Part shown: positions 27,112 through 40,200 of the stretch, one piece after another | Numbering within the stretch: the first letter of the stretch is position 1 | How the letters are laid out: every line of letters begins with the position of its first letter | Assembly (NCBI GenBank): GCA_030141605.1 | Contig: JAQGDQ010000019.1 | Span: forward strand, 620,001 to 684,000 | Reading direction: 5' to 3' | Length of the DNA: 64,000 nt | Source of the DNA: Tubiluchus corallicola | Taxonomy: Eukaryota; Animalia; Priapulida | The notes under the pieces: generated by a model | The model's database searches: none | The model's input: only the letters and a program-made list of their open reading frames with translations | What the model was told of the DNA's origin: nothing | Translations under genes and position numbers: made by a program

Positions 27112-28318
27112 GGCACTCTTAGAATTCAGGTCCCGCTCGATTTTCGCCCATCGATAACGTAATCGATATGATTGCTTAGCACAACATGACAATTTGAGCT
27201 GCTCTCACGTTGCTCGCGGACCATTAGCGGGCAGTCAGCGTTTCTACATGCATAGTACGTTTGTGACTTTGGGTATAAAATACTGTGAAAATGCACATTA
27301 TTATTTATTTAATAATTGATAGAACGCTGAAACAGTAAAAATGATGAACATGACTTTATTCAGTCGAAACGTTAGTTCATTTCACTCAATAAATAAATTG
27401 TTGGCTTAAATGACGTTTTTCAGTAGTTTTTATATTATTATGTTATAGCAAATCAGAATTTTCTTTTGGAAATATCTGTTGGCCCATTAGGACCTAGCCT
27501 TGAAAGGCTGGTTTGGTAAAAATGCAAATTGTATCACTATCAACTATGAAAAGCAAGTATTCATGGCAATTAACACTAACACTGAGAAGCAAAATAAAAA
27601 TATTATAGCATCCACTCAAAAGCTTACACATTTTCCCGTTATCTTTGTTAACCTAAATTAACTTGCTATATAATCATTTTAATTTGTATCTAGCCCACGC
27701 TTGACTAAAGACTAAAATTTAACAGGAAAAATTTGCATTTTAACGATTAACATTTTTTCCGTCGCCTCCGTCTGTGTAAATTTACTTGTTATGCATACAT
27801 TCAGTCTTCCCCTTGACTAAAATTTAATGTAAACAACCTGTAGACGATATGCGAGGCTCAAAAAATCGTCTGGGACCATAACATTAAAAATTAGGTATGA
27901 AGAGTTCAAGGATACGTAAATGAAACATTTATTAACATGATGGCTGTGGAAATTAAAATCTGACTGTGGTGTGCTTAGTTATTAATAATAATGCCGAATA
28001 ATGATAATTGTTATTATGAAAAATTGCTTAGCTATTTCAGCATGCACACTTCTCGAAACAAAAATGCCTAATACCGCTTGTAGTAATTTACAGGTTAAAA
28101 TACACTTTATACGATCAAGTGCATCAAAAATTGGGTCAAATGTCATCTTATAAAAACAAATGGTAAACTTAATGGACTTTTATATTCTATTAATAGTATT
28201 AATAGCTCGGGCTCATCAATCATCGTATTGTATGTGCAGTGCAGATCGTCATATTGTGCTAAGCAATCATATCGAAATCGGTGAAAATCAAGCGGGACCT
28301 GAATTCTAAAAGAGTGCC
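27112..28318. mobile_element. Non-autonomous TIR DNA transposon, Merlin-like
   Basis: About 80-bp TIRs: GGCACTCTTAGAATTCAGGTCCCGC...ATGATTGCTTAGCACAACATGAC (27112-27190) and its reverse complement at 28248-28318. 8-bp TSD AGAGAGGT/AGAGAAGT (7 of 8). GG termini with an 8-bp TSD fit Merlin/IS1016. No transposase ORF inside. Confidence 0.75.
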
Positions 28319-28719
28319 AGAGAAGTTGCCCAATCCTTCTAACTTGGATTTCATTTTCTATCATCATTAAATTTTGTTTACTCAAATGGTTCTTCTTTTC
28401 CACATAAACAGACAATGCTGCAATTTTTTTCGTTGCATATTGGCTTCGGTGTCTAACTAGCTATGATTTACATTTCTTCCACGAATCGTTACCTCCTCCA
28501 GCACTTCCACAGAGGCCACTCTATTTTCAAAGATACTCGAAAACAAGCTCAACTGTCGCAAAAAATCCAAAATAATACTGTAGTAAGCAAGCCAAATTAT
28601 TAAACGCTACACTTTTAATTTAACACCCATGTTTTCTGTCATACTCATTATCTTATTTATTTGTTTGTTTTTTATAATTAACATTTCTGTTTCATTACCT
28701 AACAGTCTTCTTTTGTTCA

Positions 28720-29260
28720 TCCACTTTCTTCACCTGTTAATACAGAATTTGTGACTGAGCACTCAAATGAGTGTTCAGTACTGTCTTCTTCCTTTTACCC
28801 AAGAGACAGTATAAGTTTAAATCTCCATGATTTATTTCTGTAGTTTGACTTCACTTCTATCATGTTTAGTTTCCATTTTATAATTAGTTTAATTCTATTC
28901 TCACTTCCACATTGATTAACACAATTTAACCCATGTTTACCTATTCCTTCTTTATCACTCACAAATATAAATTTTTTCATCTCTCTACACTTTTTTCGTC
29001 ACTATTTATATTATCTAATTGCCTTTTTAATATATTTTTTCCATTCTGATGTTTCGTTCCCTTCACAAACTCTTGGTTTATATTAATTGGATACATTTCT
29101 TCCATTTTTTCATTCCTTTATCCCAACTTCTTTCTACATCTTTATTCCACATCCAAACTAGCAATCTCTTTGCAACACGGTTTTCTATCCATAAAGTCCC
29201 TAGCCACATCAACTTTTTGTAATGCATTTTTTCATTGGCCATACTCCATTAGTTAAAATT
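28720..29260 (-). mobile_element. LINE 3' remnant with decayed C-terminal zinc-knuckle region
   Basis: Minus-strand IIKWKLNMIEVKSNYRNK followed by KEEDSTEHSFEC, resembling the CCHC tail of non-LTR ORF2 proteins. Confidence 0.5.
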
Positions 29261-29399
29261 ATCTTTCAATGTGAAGATGATTGTCTTTGGCCATATAATC
29301 TACACAAACTATCCTCGCTGAATATAATAGTATCCGGTCTTCATATTGTTGATTGTGCATTTTGTACCTTACAGTTGCTAGTGTCTAGTTTTTGAATAA

Positions 29400-30230
29400 A
29401 CAACAAACTTAAAGAAATTTTAAGGAAAAATGTATTCTTTCCTAGTCAGTATTTTAAACCTCAATATGATCTTTGCAGTGTTTTCTTAATTCAAGAGTAG
29501 TCAAATTGCCATACTTCAGTCTTTCTAAATATGTGAAATTTTTACAACCAAATATTATGCTTGTCAGTCCTTCTATCTTTGCAGTTCTTCCATAAACAAT
29601 ATGTCTTTCCAATAATGGGGATTTCAATGCTCCCCACAGTATTCTATATGAGGTCTAACAAAATGACTATACTTTGCAATATAATTTCTTTATTTCTAGA
29701 AATGATGTGCTGCTTTATCATCCCCAAGATCTTATTTGCTTTTTTAAGAGAGGCAACACTTTGCTGGCAGAAATTTGAAGTCTGATGATGTTTTTATCTT
29801 ATCAAGATAATTTTTAATATCTTTACTGTGAAATATTTTGCCATCATAGCATAATTTCTTTTAAGATGCCCAAAACTGCAATGCATTATGTTGCATTTAG
29901 CAACATTGAAAAACATCTAGCAATTATTACACCACCTACATAATGCTCAATGCCATGCCATAAAACTAATAACTCTGCTACAGAGTTCAATGGATTATAC
30001 ATCTCTGTATCATCTGCAAGATTTTAAACTACAACGACAATTTATTATCAATATCATTAATGAAAATGGTGAATAACACCAGTCCGAGGACCGATCCTTG
30101 TGGAACTTTCCAGATGATTCTACACTATCAGGCAGGACATGTTGTTTTCTTCTGAACAACCTATCTTCATGACCTGGGTGCAGTATAAGAGGTGCTAATT
30201 TTATCACTTTATGGAGATTTTTTTCGTCAC
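29400..30230 (-). mobile_element. Degenerate CR1-like LINE RT fragment
   Basis: KVPQGSVLGLVLFTIFINDI near 30110-30050; LKKANKILGMIK and LVRPHIEYC further along the minus strand. Confidence 0.8.
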
Positions 30231-30799
30231 ATGCATGTGGCTTCTTTTATTTTTTAAACTGTGACTGCGAGTGGACAGTAGGAGGTCCAGCCTTGAATAA
30301 TTTGTCGTGCAAAACTCGACTATTTAGGTTGTCGCGGCACTGCAGAGATATAGATCTGGAATATTTATAATTATTGCTAAAGGGAGCTGCACAGCACCAG
30401 TTGCCAAACTTTTGCTCATCACTTTCGCACGCCTTGCTTTCAGCCAAGTGGCCTGCACTTTGTAGTGTCCTAACTGGTCCCTATTTTCTGTACTAATTGC
30501 TTTTTGCCTTTATAGCTTCTAGTCATTAGTAGTTTGTGTGATTAGGCTCTAGGTATTGTATATCTAGCATCTCGTTACTCTTTGATTGTACATTGATCCA
30601 TTATCGTGCTATGAACCTGTTATTAACTTTGTTGAGTTTGTTGTTTGGTGCTTAAACTCTGGTTCAGAGCTCTTTGTTGTCAGTTGCTGCTCTGTTGTAA
30701 GCCAGACAACACTGATCATAACTGTACGTTGGCTATTTATCATTGTGTATGTTTGTGTAATCATCTATTGTTTACTTGCTTACAGGGATCGAGCTACGC

Positions 30800-31125
30800 T
30801 TTCATACAAATATCTGAAGCTACTAAAGCTTGCTGATACAACTTGGAATTACTTAAGTTTATGTTTAAATACAAACACAGTGTTTTACCTACTCCATATA
30901 CAAATTATTTCCAAAAGGTTAGCAATATTCATACTTATGAAACTCGAGCAGCAACAAGTGGTTTTTATTACCAGGCCCGATATAAAACATCATTTGGCCT
31001 AAACACACTACAACATAATGGAGTCAAACTTTAGAACGCCTTAGATACTTCAATAACCACCTGCTCATCTTTATTACAAATAAGTGAAAAGTACAAAAAG
31101 CAACTAATTGAAAACTACATTTAGT
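30800..31125 (+). mobile_element. LINE (CR1/L2 group) ORF2 3' end remnant
   Basis: KFMFKYKHSVLP..YFQKVSNIHTYETR..GVKL*NAL resembles the HxYxTR...GxKLWNxL tail of CR1/L2-group elements. Confidence 0.7.
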
Positions 31126-31429
31126 ATACTGGAGTTAAATTTAATTGAACTGGAAAATAACATGATGATATTGCTTAAAATTGTATTTTTTGCACAGTAC
31201 AAAGAGCTTATAAATTGGTCACTTTTTATTTATTCTTTGTGTTGTTTAGAAAGCGATTACATCTAAAAAATCAAGTGAATCTAAATGAATTGTCTTTGTC
31301 AAAGGCATGTAGAAATCTTTTGAACTGTAGGTACCCGTATTCAGAAAGTTTACTTGGTTACTCTGCTTTGCCTCTAGATTGAATGTTGCATCACAAAAAT
31401 TCTGCTCGCCTAATTATATATTTTGTTCT

Positions 31430-31950
31430 AGCCTTGTTTTGATTTTTTAGTTTCGCCTTGCGATGATTTTTGTTACTGTTGCTTGATATATGTTTTGCTT
31501 TAAACTGAATTTTGTTTTTGCTCTTGAGTTTGATTTTGTTGCTTTTGTGTGATATAATTTTTGCCCTAAGTTGAATCCTGTTTTGATTTGCTTGTGGTAA
31601 TCTCTTTTGTTTTCAGTTGAATTGCGTTTGCTTTATAAAATTTTCGCTTTGAGTTTGATTTTGTTGCTTTTGTGTGATATAATTTTTGCCCTACGCTGAA
31701 TTCTGATTTGCTTTGGTTTTGACAAATTCTTTTACTTTCAGTTGAGTTGCGTTTGCTTTATAAAATTTTCGCTTTGAGTTTCATTTTGTTTGATATAATT
31801 TTTTGCTATACGTGAAATTCCATTTTGCATTGCTTTTGAGTAGTTTTTTGTTGCTTTTTGATAGTATTTTTTGCTCTATGTTGAATTTTATTAATTTCTT
31901 GCTTGATGTTATGCCTTGTTTTGCTTTGAGTTAATTTTTGTTGCATTTGC
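31430..31950. repeat. Degenerate T-rich tandem repeat, about 125-bp period
   Basis: GAGTTTSATTTTGTT recurs at 31526, 31651 and 31776, with shorter TTTTGC sub-repeats. Confidence 0.75.
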
Positions 31951-32871
31951 CTTTTATATATACACAAACACCTAAAAAATGTCATGAGCCTTTGAGTAAA
32001 CTTGTATTTTTAATAAGGGGCAGCTGACCAAGTGACCAATAGGTCTTTCGCTGCTCCTTCTCAGCTGCAACGAAATGTAAAAATAATTATGACGAATTTT
32101 AACTGCTATTGAGAAAATAAATTGAATTGAATAGTTGAATAGTGAATTGAATAGTTTACTTTGGTATATATTTATGTGCTGACGTGAATGCAAATCAGCT
32201 GCATTACATAATATTAGGCCCCAATTTTGATTGTTTGGACTTTTTGCAATCTCTTGATGTCAAATTGTAATGACGATTACCATGTTACTTTAAATACAGG
32301 TCGTATATAAGCTTTAATGAGTTAGCACTTGTTTAGGATAATGCCTGATAAGCCCACCAATTGAGTCGTGAACTGTTGGGGTCTTTGAGAGCTGTAGGTT
32401 TTGAAAATTGGACAAAATGCAAAAATTACTCTGCATTATAGGAAGCTAATGGAGGCTAACTAGTGCTGGCATAATTTGATCGTACATAGACAGACCTAAC
32501 TTAAACTTAGCAGTTAAATGCTTTGCGCTTTTCATATAGGTTTTGTACTTCAGTTCATGCAGGAAGTCTAGCAGGTATAATGTGGCATTATCAAAAACCC
32601 AAAAGAGAAATTCAGGTGTATTGAGATAGCTTGTTTTTATTGCTTTATTGGCTATGGAATTGGTTCTCATGAACAGCAGGTACTCTGCCACACACCGTTC
32701 TTGCCCATTCAATTTTTGCATTCAGTTATATTTTTATTTACAGGATGTGCACTTGATGCTGTAGCTACCTGCTAGGCACAGTCAACAGCTGCTTTACACA
32801 GTCTTCTTTAGAAAAACTTGATTCAGGGAGATTTATGGCAAACCTCTGAAAGACTGAGAAACCCCAACAAT

Positions 32872-34205
32872 ATGAAGGTTATTGCTCTTATTAGGTATGT
32901 TGCATGGTTTGTTTATTTATTAGTTAATAATACATAGATTAGCAGCACATATTAGATCCCACCTACCCTGCCCTGTCTCATACTCTTGCTCGCTAACAGC
33001 CACTACAATATAAAATCTATAGTCAAACCGAAAAAAACATGAAGAATACATGCACATTTGGCAGTAATTTGTCAACGATTCCAGAAAATGTATTACTGTT
33101 ATGTACTTACTGCCAATAAATTGTCAAGTAAAATGACACAAAAAAGACACAATTATTTCACTTACAAATGTGTACATTATACCAACATTTTGTGTGAAAG
33201 ATTTTGTGTTGTTGTTATACTGCGACCAAAATGCTCAGCATTTACGAAAAACATCAATTCCCTTTCATATATACTTGTTGTGAAATTTAATGTTTTTTAA
33301 CTTTATCGTAGATGTGCTGAGGAACTGATTTATTACCTTTACATGTTACATGTAGTATGTAGTATGTTTTTGTGTTATATATATGTAATAAACATGATAT
33401 GTCCATACGACTTGAAATGAAATAGTATTAATGATAATGCAGTAGCAGAGGCGCATGCACAGAAAAACACGTAACCATAAAAGATTTGAACGTAGTTTGT
33501 TTTAGACTGAACCATTATTATGTGCTCTTATGTGTTCCTGCTTAGTGTCACTGTTATAATTAGGCAGATTTAAGTTTTTTTCTAACATAACCTTTAAAAT
33601 TATACGTTCTGTTGCCTATTAATAAATTAACAACATTGCATCATTGCCCTAAAGAACCTGTAAACTTCATCTTGTCAATGAAAGATTCTGTATGTGTATC
33701 ACATATTTTACTTTTAAACAGAAAATTGCGTGATTGAATTGTACACTTGTAAAAGAATTAGCTTTGAACTAACTGAAGCCAGTTATAATGCTAAATTTTA
33801 ACAGTTTTTGAATAATATTATTTAAACATTATTAGTGGTGGTAAGGACAGTTGCTTCAGTATGATGCAGTGTGTAGCAGAAGGCCATTCAATTGTTGCAC
33901 TTGCCAATCTCAAACCTCATTCTGCCACAGGTATATTTAAAATATATTTCTTAATGTATAGTAAATTGCATGATGGATAAAGCATAAACAAAATTTTGTT
34001 GTTTTAAACTTAGAGGCCTGTAGGTTGAATGAATGGCAGAGTTAAATAAAGCTGGTTGAGCTACAGTTTGAATCAGACTTATGGATGGCAGACTAGATGA
34101 CCTTTTGGTCTTTTGCCATCCCGTCCTTTTCTAAACATTGTAACTCATTGTTATATACTATCTATGATTGTTATTATGAAGGCAAAAAATAAATTATTAT
34201 TATTA

Positions 34206-34268
<63 letters not shown>

Positions 34269-37200
34269 GTGCAATATTAATCCGATGTGGATTCCACAAT
34301 TGACTGCAAATGTGATTCAGTGCTTTTATGCATTATTAGCAGTTGTTATCATTTCTATGCAAGTTTCTATCATATTCACAGACACCTCATTGTTTTAGAT
34401 GAACTGGACAGTTACATGTATCAGACGGTGGGTCATCATGCTATAACGCTATACGGTGATGCAATGGAACTTCCATTATTTCGTCGAACGATTACTGGTA
34501 GTTCTACAGAAACCGGAAAAAACTATTTACCAAACTCTGCTGATGAAGTTGAAGATCTGTTTGAACTTCTTAAAACTATTAAGGTAATATTAAAAGCTTT
34601 TCGTAACTGAATGGCTGGCAAATTCAGTTCGTAGGTTTGCTTGAAAGTTCGAAGGTGCTTTGGGTTCACTGCTGCAGTTGATGAAAAGTAAGGATGTCAT
34701 TCATGGACAGGCAGTAGGAGTACGGATTCTGTGTAATTCTGGGTAGAAAAATTGCTGCTTGTTTATACAGTTTGACATTTTGCAAGCTGTGATCAGCATT
34801 AAGTAACAACTCTACTTCATGTAATGGATTGCGGTAGGACTAGATCCTGAGATCCACAATTGTATGCAATTGTGGAATGTATTCTATATGATTCTGTATT
34901 GCATCAGTACAGTGTGAGAGTGTTTGCTCTCGTTTCAATGGTTTCAGAAGTTGGGTTAAAGAAGAATTATCTGGATGAGTAATTTGGGTTGAATGTATAT
35001 TAGTATTATGAACTGTCACTATCATAGTATTGTTAGCCTTTGTTCGTATTTAGGTCGCCAGCATTTCACTGTTACAGTTATTACAAATTATTACACAAAT
35101 AGGTTATCTTGGTAAATAACGAGTATTTTAGTTTATTAAGCAAATGCTGTTTTAACATATATTGGTAACATTCATATAGTTCATATATATATGAATGTTA
35201 CACACACACACACACACATATATATATATTACAACCTTTCCTACTTTGGAGGTTTGATGAGATACTAACATGGGTAAATTTTCAGCTTGAGTAAGTTTTG
35301 GGAACACGTGTCTCCACTCATCTTAAGATTTCGGAATTATGCTCATTTGTGTAATTTGAGAAACTTTAAAAACTGATATATCCACTCCACTGACCTAGCA
35401 ATTTTCACCAGTAGTGTGCAATGATTAATAGACGCACATAGAACTGTGACAGTTTTGCATGTTAGGAAGTTGTTTCTGCAAAATTTAAAAATGTGCATAT
35501 TTTATACATATATCACCATATGTTAACTAATGCTTTTAAAATTACCCCTAATGGATTTTTCAAAAGCTGCTACATTGAAATGTAAGCCCCTATTTGTTTT
35601 AAAAAAACAACACTACCTTGGTTTGTTTATTTGGCATTGTGATTTCTTTATAATATCAGTTGAAAATGTTCACACTGCTCAACAACTATTTTTTCTAGAA
35701 AAAATAATTTTAGAAGCCGTTTATTTTTACATTTTGTGAATCACGAACTCTGGAAAAGTTAGCAGCAAGCCATACTGCTATCCTATTAAGCTACGAGATA
35801 ATCAGTTGCCAATAGTTGAAAATGTTCATCGGCATTATCAATTCAAAATAGAGGCCCAGTGAAAGAAGGATCCAGGACAGATTTGTTGTGTAGCAGAAGA
35901 GATTGTAGCATAAAGTATATTCGCTGTATATGTTTTTGATGAAATGAGAGATTACTTGATAAAGAAAGGCATCTTCTTTCACTACTTCAAAGTTGTATAA
36001 TGTGATGGGACTAACTTAAACACGGGAAAAATAGAGTAGACGTACATTTACTATAAGCAGGCCAGTCCAGTGGCCAGTTTATATGCTACGCATGAACAAA
36101 TTACTACCGAGACACCTTAAACCTTCAGAATCTCTCATCTCATCAAAAACTGTTAGGAGCCACATGAGTCAGGACAAGTGTCATTTGAACACGATTCTGT
36201 TTCGATGAGTTTGTCTTGACAGCATATGGTGGACTCCAGTGCAGGTCAGAAGACTCAGAACTTGCATGGTTTGAGTAACTTGTTTGGTCAATTGTTGCAT
36301 CCAAGTTGATTTTACCATCCATCTTAAGCATAGTTTTCTGGATGTGAAGGCTTTGTTTTACTATTTTCTGGCACTTTATCCAGCTCATATGTAATCTTTG
36401 ACTCGGTCATAATCCCTTTAATAGTGCCTTTAAGTGTTATTGTGGCAATTAATGCCTTTGCATATATAGCGAATACATCTTTTGCTACAATCTCTTCTGA
36501 TAGCGACAAATCTGTGTCCCGGATCCTTCTCTGACTGGGCTTCCATCTTGAATGATAATGCCGTAGAACATTTCCAACTGTTGATAACTGATTATCTGGT
36601 AGCTTAGTAGGATTGCCGATGTATGGCTAGCTGATAACTTTTCCAGAATTCTTGATTCACAAAATGTAAAAAAAACGGTTCCTAAAATTATTTTTTCTAG
36701 AAAAAATAGTTGTTGAGTAGTGTGAACATTTTCAACTGATATTATAAGGACATCACAATGCCAAATAAACAATGCAAGGTAGTGTTATTGTTTTTTAGAA
36801 CAAAAGGCTTACATTCCAATATAGCAGCTTTTTGAAAAATTCATATAGGGGCAATTTTGAAAGCATTAGTTAACATACGGCAATATATTGATAAAATACA
36901 CCAGTTTTTAAATTTTGCAGATACAACTTCCTAACATGCGAAACTGTCACAATTCTATGTGCGATAACTATTAATCATTGCAAACTACTGGTGAAAATTG
37001 CTAGGTCAGTGGAGTGGATGTAATAGTTTTTAGAGTTTGTCAAATTACTACACAAATGAGCACAATTTCAAAATCTTAACATAAGAGTAGGCACGTGTTT
37101 CCAAAACTTAAGCTGAAAATTTACCCATGTTAGTACCTCATCAAACCTCCAAAGTAGGAAAAGTTGAAAAAAGATTGGATGAAAAAAGTTATTTTCACCA

Positions 37201-40200
37201 CATCCTAATATATATATATTATACACATTTATCAACTTACTATTGGTGCTTGCACAATTCGTACATACTCAGCATTTGAATAAATTATTGTATGTTTGCT
37301 ATTATCTTGAAATCTGTCTAACTTCCCATAGTTGGTATTAAATGGTAACAAATTATGGTACGATTTTTGTAATAGGATAGAATACCTGATGCAGATGCTG
37401 TTTCCTGTGGTGCTATTTTGTCTGATTATCAGCGTGTCCGAGTAGAAAGCGTTTGTTCTCGTCTCAATTTGACGGTACTTTCATACCTGTGGCGACGAGA
37501 ACAAAGTCAACTTTTGGAAGAGATGATTGAATGTGGAGTTGAGGCTATTGTCATCAAAGTAGCAGCATTGGGGCTTAAACCAAATGAACATCTTGGTAAA
37601 AGCATCAAGGAAATTTTCCCACACATGGTAAAAATGGTAAGTTGTCCGGCTTTTCCTTTTTTAAATGTTATTATTTATGTGTGCAACACAATTATAAATA
37701 TTAAACATACACTTAGGAATATTTATGAACACTTGTTAAAGTACAATTTTTTTAATTAAGTGATGTAACACATGTTAGTAATTAGCACACAACAGAGTTT
37801 GAAGCTGTTTACCAGGTTTTGCTGGATACCTGCCATGCGAAGCTTTCAGCACATGCTCCAAGTGTTATATGTTGGTAATTTTCTGAGATAAGCATCATTT
37901 ATAACTAAAACTTTGAGCTGACAACATCTCTCTCTCTCCTCAAGCAGCTGACTTGGTATTGCAATTGGTGTTCTGCACTTGATATGTTAGTGTGGCTTAC
38001 ACAGTATGGACGGGTGCTGATGTAGTAGCAGCCATTATGGTGAAATTGTTAGTGAAGCTATTGGAACACCATCTTGTGTTGCTGTTGGTGGAACGCTATA
38101 CCTAGTGGATTGCTAGACATTTGCCCACATACCTAGTGTAAAAAACTATTGGTGTGGTGTAACACCTGGCGTGAGACACACAGACAAAGGAAGGCTGCTG
38201 CTTGAGTATAGATCAACTATTCTGCTTAGTGTACTAATTAGAGAAAACCTGTTGCTTTTCTTGTTAATTTTGCCTTGTGAATTAATAGATTGGATTTGTT
38301 TATTATTTAGCTATAAATGTTTAAGTCTTGTAGTTATTTTGTTATATTACATGATAGCTGGTGCTGCCATCATGTAATAATAGTCACCTCAATGTAGTGG
38401 CCAGTCAAGGTATTGAAGGTAAGAGGACTTTATTTAGAAAAGTGGTTAGGTTAGCATATGACAATAGATCCAGAACAATGGTATTCTTATCTAATCTGCT
38501 AGGAGGTATCCGTTGATATTCTGTTTGAAGTTATGTTGCAGCTAATGGGGAATTAGCATAAACAGTTTTCTCGTAGAGAATTTTCAGATAATTAACAGTC
38601 CCAGTTTTTATAAGTGAGTGTTTTTTGTCCAGGGTAAATAGTGAGTATCAATAATAAAGGAAGCACTCCAAACATACTGTTTTCACTTAGAAACCAATGA
38701 AGACAGATCTGGGAACACCTTCCAGAGAAGTAGTGATGGAAGACACTTATTCAGTGCAATAATTGAATTTTGAAGGGAATGCCAATTTATTGAATGTATC
38801 ATGAGCATAAAGCATACAAACACCATAAAAACTGTGTTTTTGTAATAAAAATCCTAATGCTATAATACAATTGCAATAACTGAGAAACGATTGAACCCTC
38901 TAGAAAAAGTAGTACAGAAGTACGTAGTCACTATATGTTTGTGAGTATATATTTATCTGATTCCTATTTGGTTTCATGTTTCGTTTTCATTTTGCGATAG
39001 TGTCTGCATTAATAATGCAGGTTTTTTTAAAATTAACTATTGCATTTTAATTCACAGTTAAATGAGTCTTAGGAAGCACTGAGAATGACATTAAAGGATT
39101 ATAAAACTTCACAAGGACTGCTTCGATGGTTTTTCAATGACACACTTGCTCAAACACCTGTCTTTGTAGAATTTTCGAGTTTTTGTCAAAAACATTTATT
39201 CATGACTTTCTGGCATTCATTTCAGTTGTGATAACTTCTGTATTTGTGTCAATTTTATGTAATGTGGTTCAAATGTCTGGATATGAATTGTATGCATTCT
39301 AAAAACATGCTTGAACTTTTACACAACTAAGTATTCTAAAGTGTATAATTTTTTTCAGATAAATTAATGGACACTGAAGAAAACAGAATTCTTAGATTAA
39401 GCTTAAAAATTTGTCCCAAAATTTTATAAACATTTTTAACTATTAAGAATTTTCTTTCTCAGTTACGTAAGTCTTTCGAACTAGTACGCATAACACTAAG
39501 TAATATAACTTTGTATAGAAAATTTTTGGAACATGCTTTAAAAGTCTTTTCCCCTTGAAAAGCAAACCTATACTGATGTTTCTGAGTTGTCACTGTTCTT
39601 TTTTCTTTTGTATATCTGTATTGACTGAAATTAATTTGGGGGTCACTCCGGTTTATTTAATGTTTAAGCACTATGAACTAATATCCACTTATTTCTGACT
39701 GATTATTTTCAGAAAGAGCAGTGGGGTCTTAATGTTTGTGGAGAAGGCGGAGAGTACGAAACATTCGTAACTGATTGCCCATTGTTTGCCCGAAGAATTG
39801 TTGTGTAAGTGCTTATTAACCCTTCTTGAATGACACTTGAATATACTAATTTGCATTTGAAAGCTGAAATTTTACAAATTTTATGTTCTTTGTCATTCGC
39901 TGCAAAGTGAAAGTTTGACTTTAATAAGAGATTTTAGAAAAAAATATTGTTAAATACGTTTTATACTAGCAAAGAACTGCTTTGTACTTCCAAGAGACAA
40001 AGTCTTTGCTAACCTATATATATATATATATATAAGCATTATGTATATAATGCAATACTGCAAGGGCTTTCTTTAATAATTATTGGCGTTTCATAATAGC
40101 TGCTTTAAAAGCCTAATCAATAATATTAAAGCAAGCTCTCTTTTACTTATTCCAGGTACAATTCTGATATTGTGATTCATTCTGACGATGCTTTTGCTCC

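Noticed and set aside
30247-30447. Minus-strand ORF with WCCAAPFSNN, vaguely THAP-like
   Set aside because: The remaining C2CH ligands and spacing cannot be identified. It sits between LINE fragments and is at best TE debris.
30586-31002. 138-aa hydrophobic plus-strand ORF
   Set aside because: T-rich composition, non-ATG start, and it overlaps a LINE remnant in another frame.
25820-31950. A-rich block at 25820-26500 and T-rich block at 31430-31950 as the two arms of one large element
   Set aside because: The similarity appears to be compositional only; I could not align them base by base.
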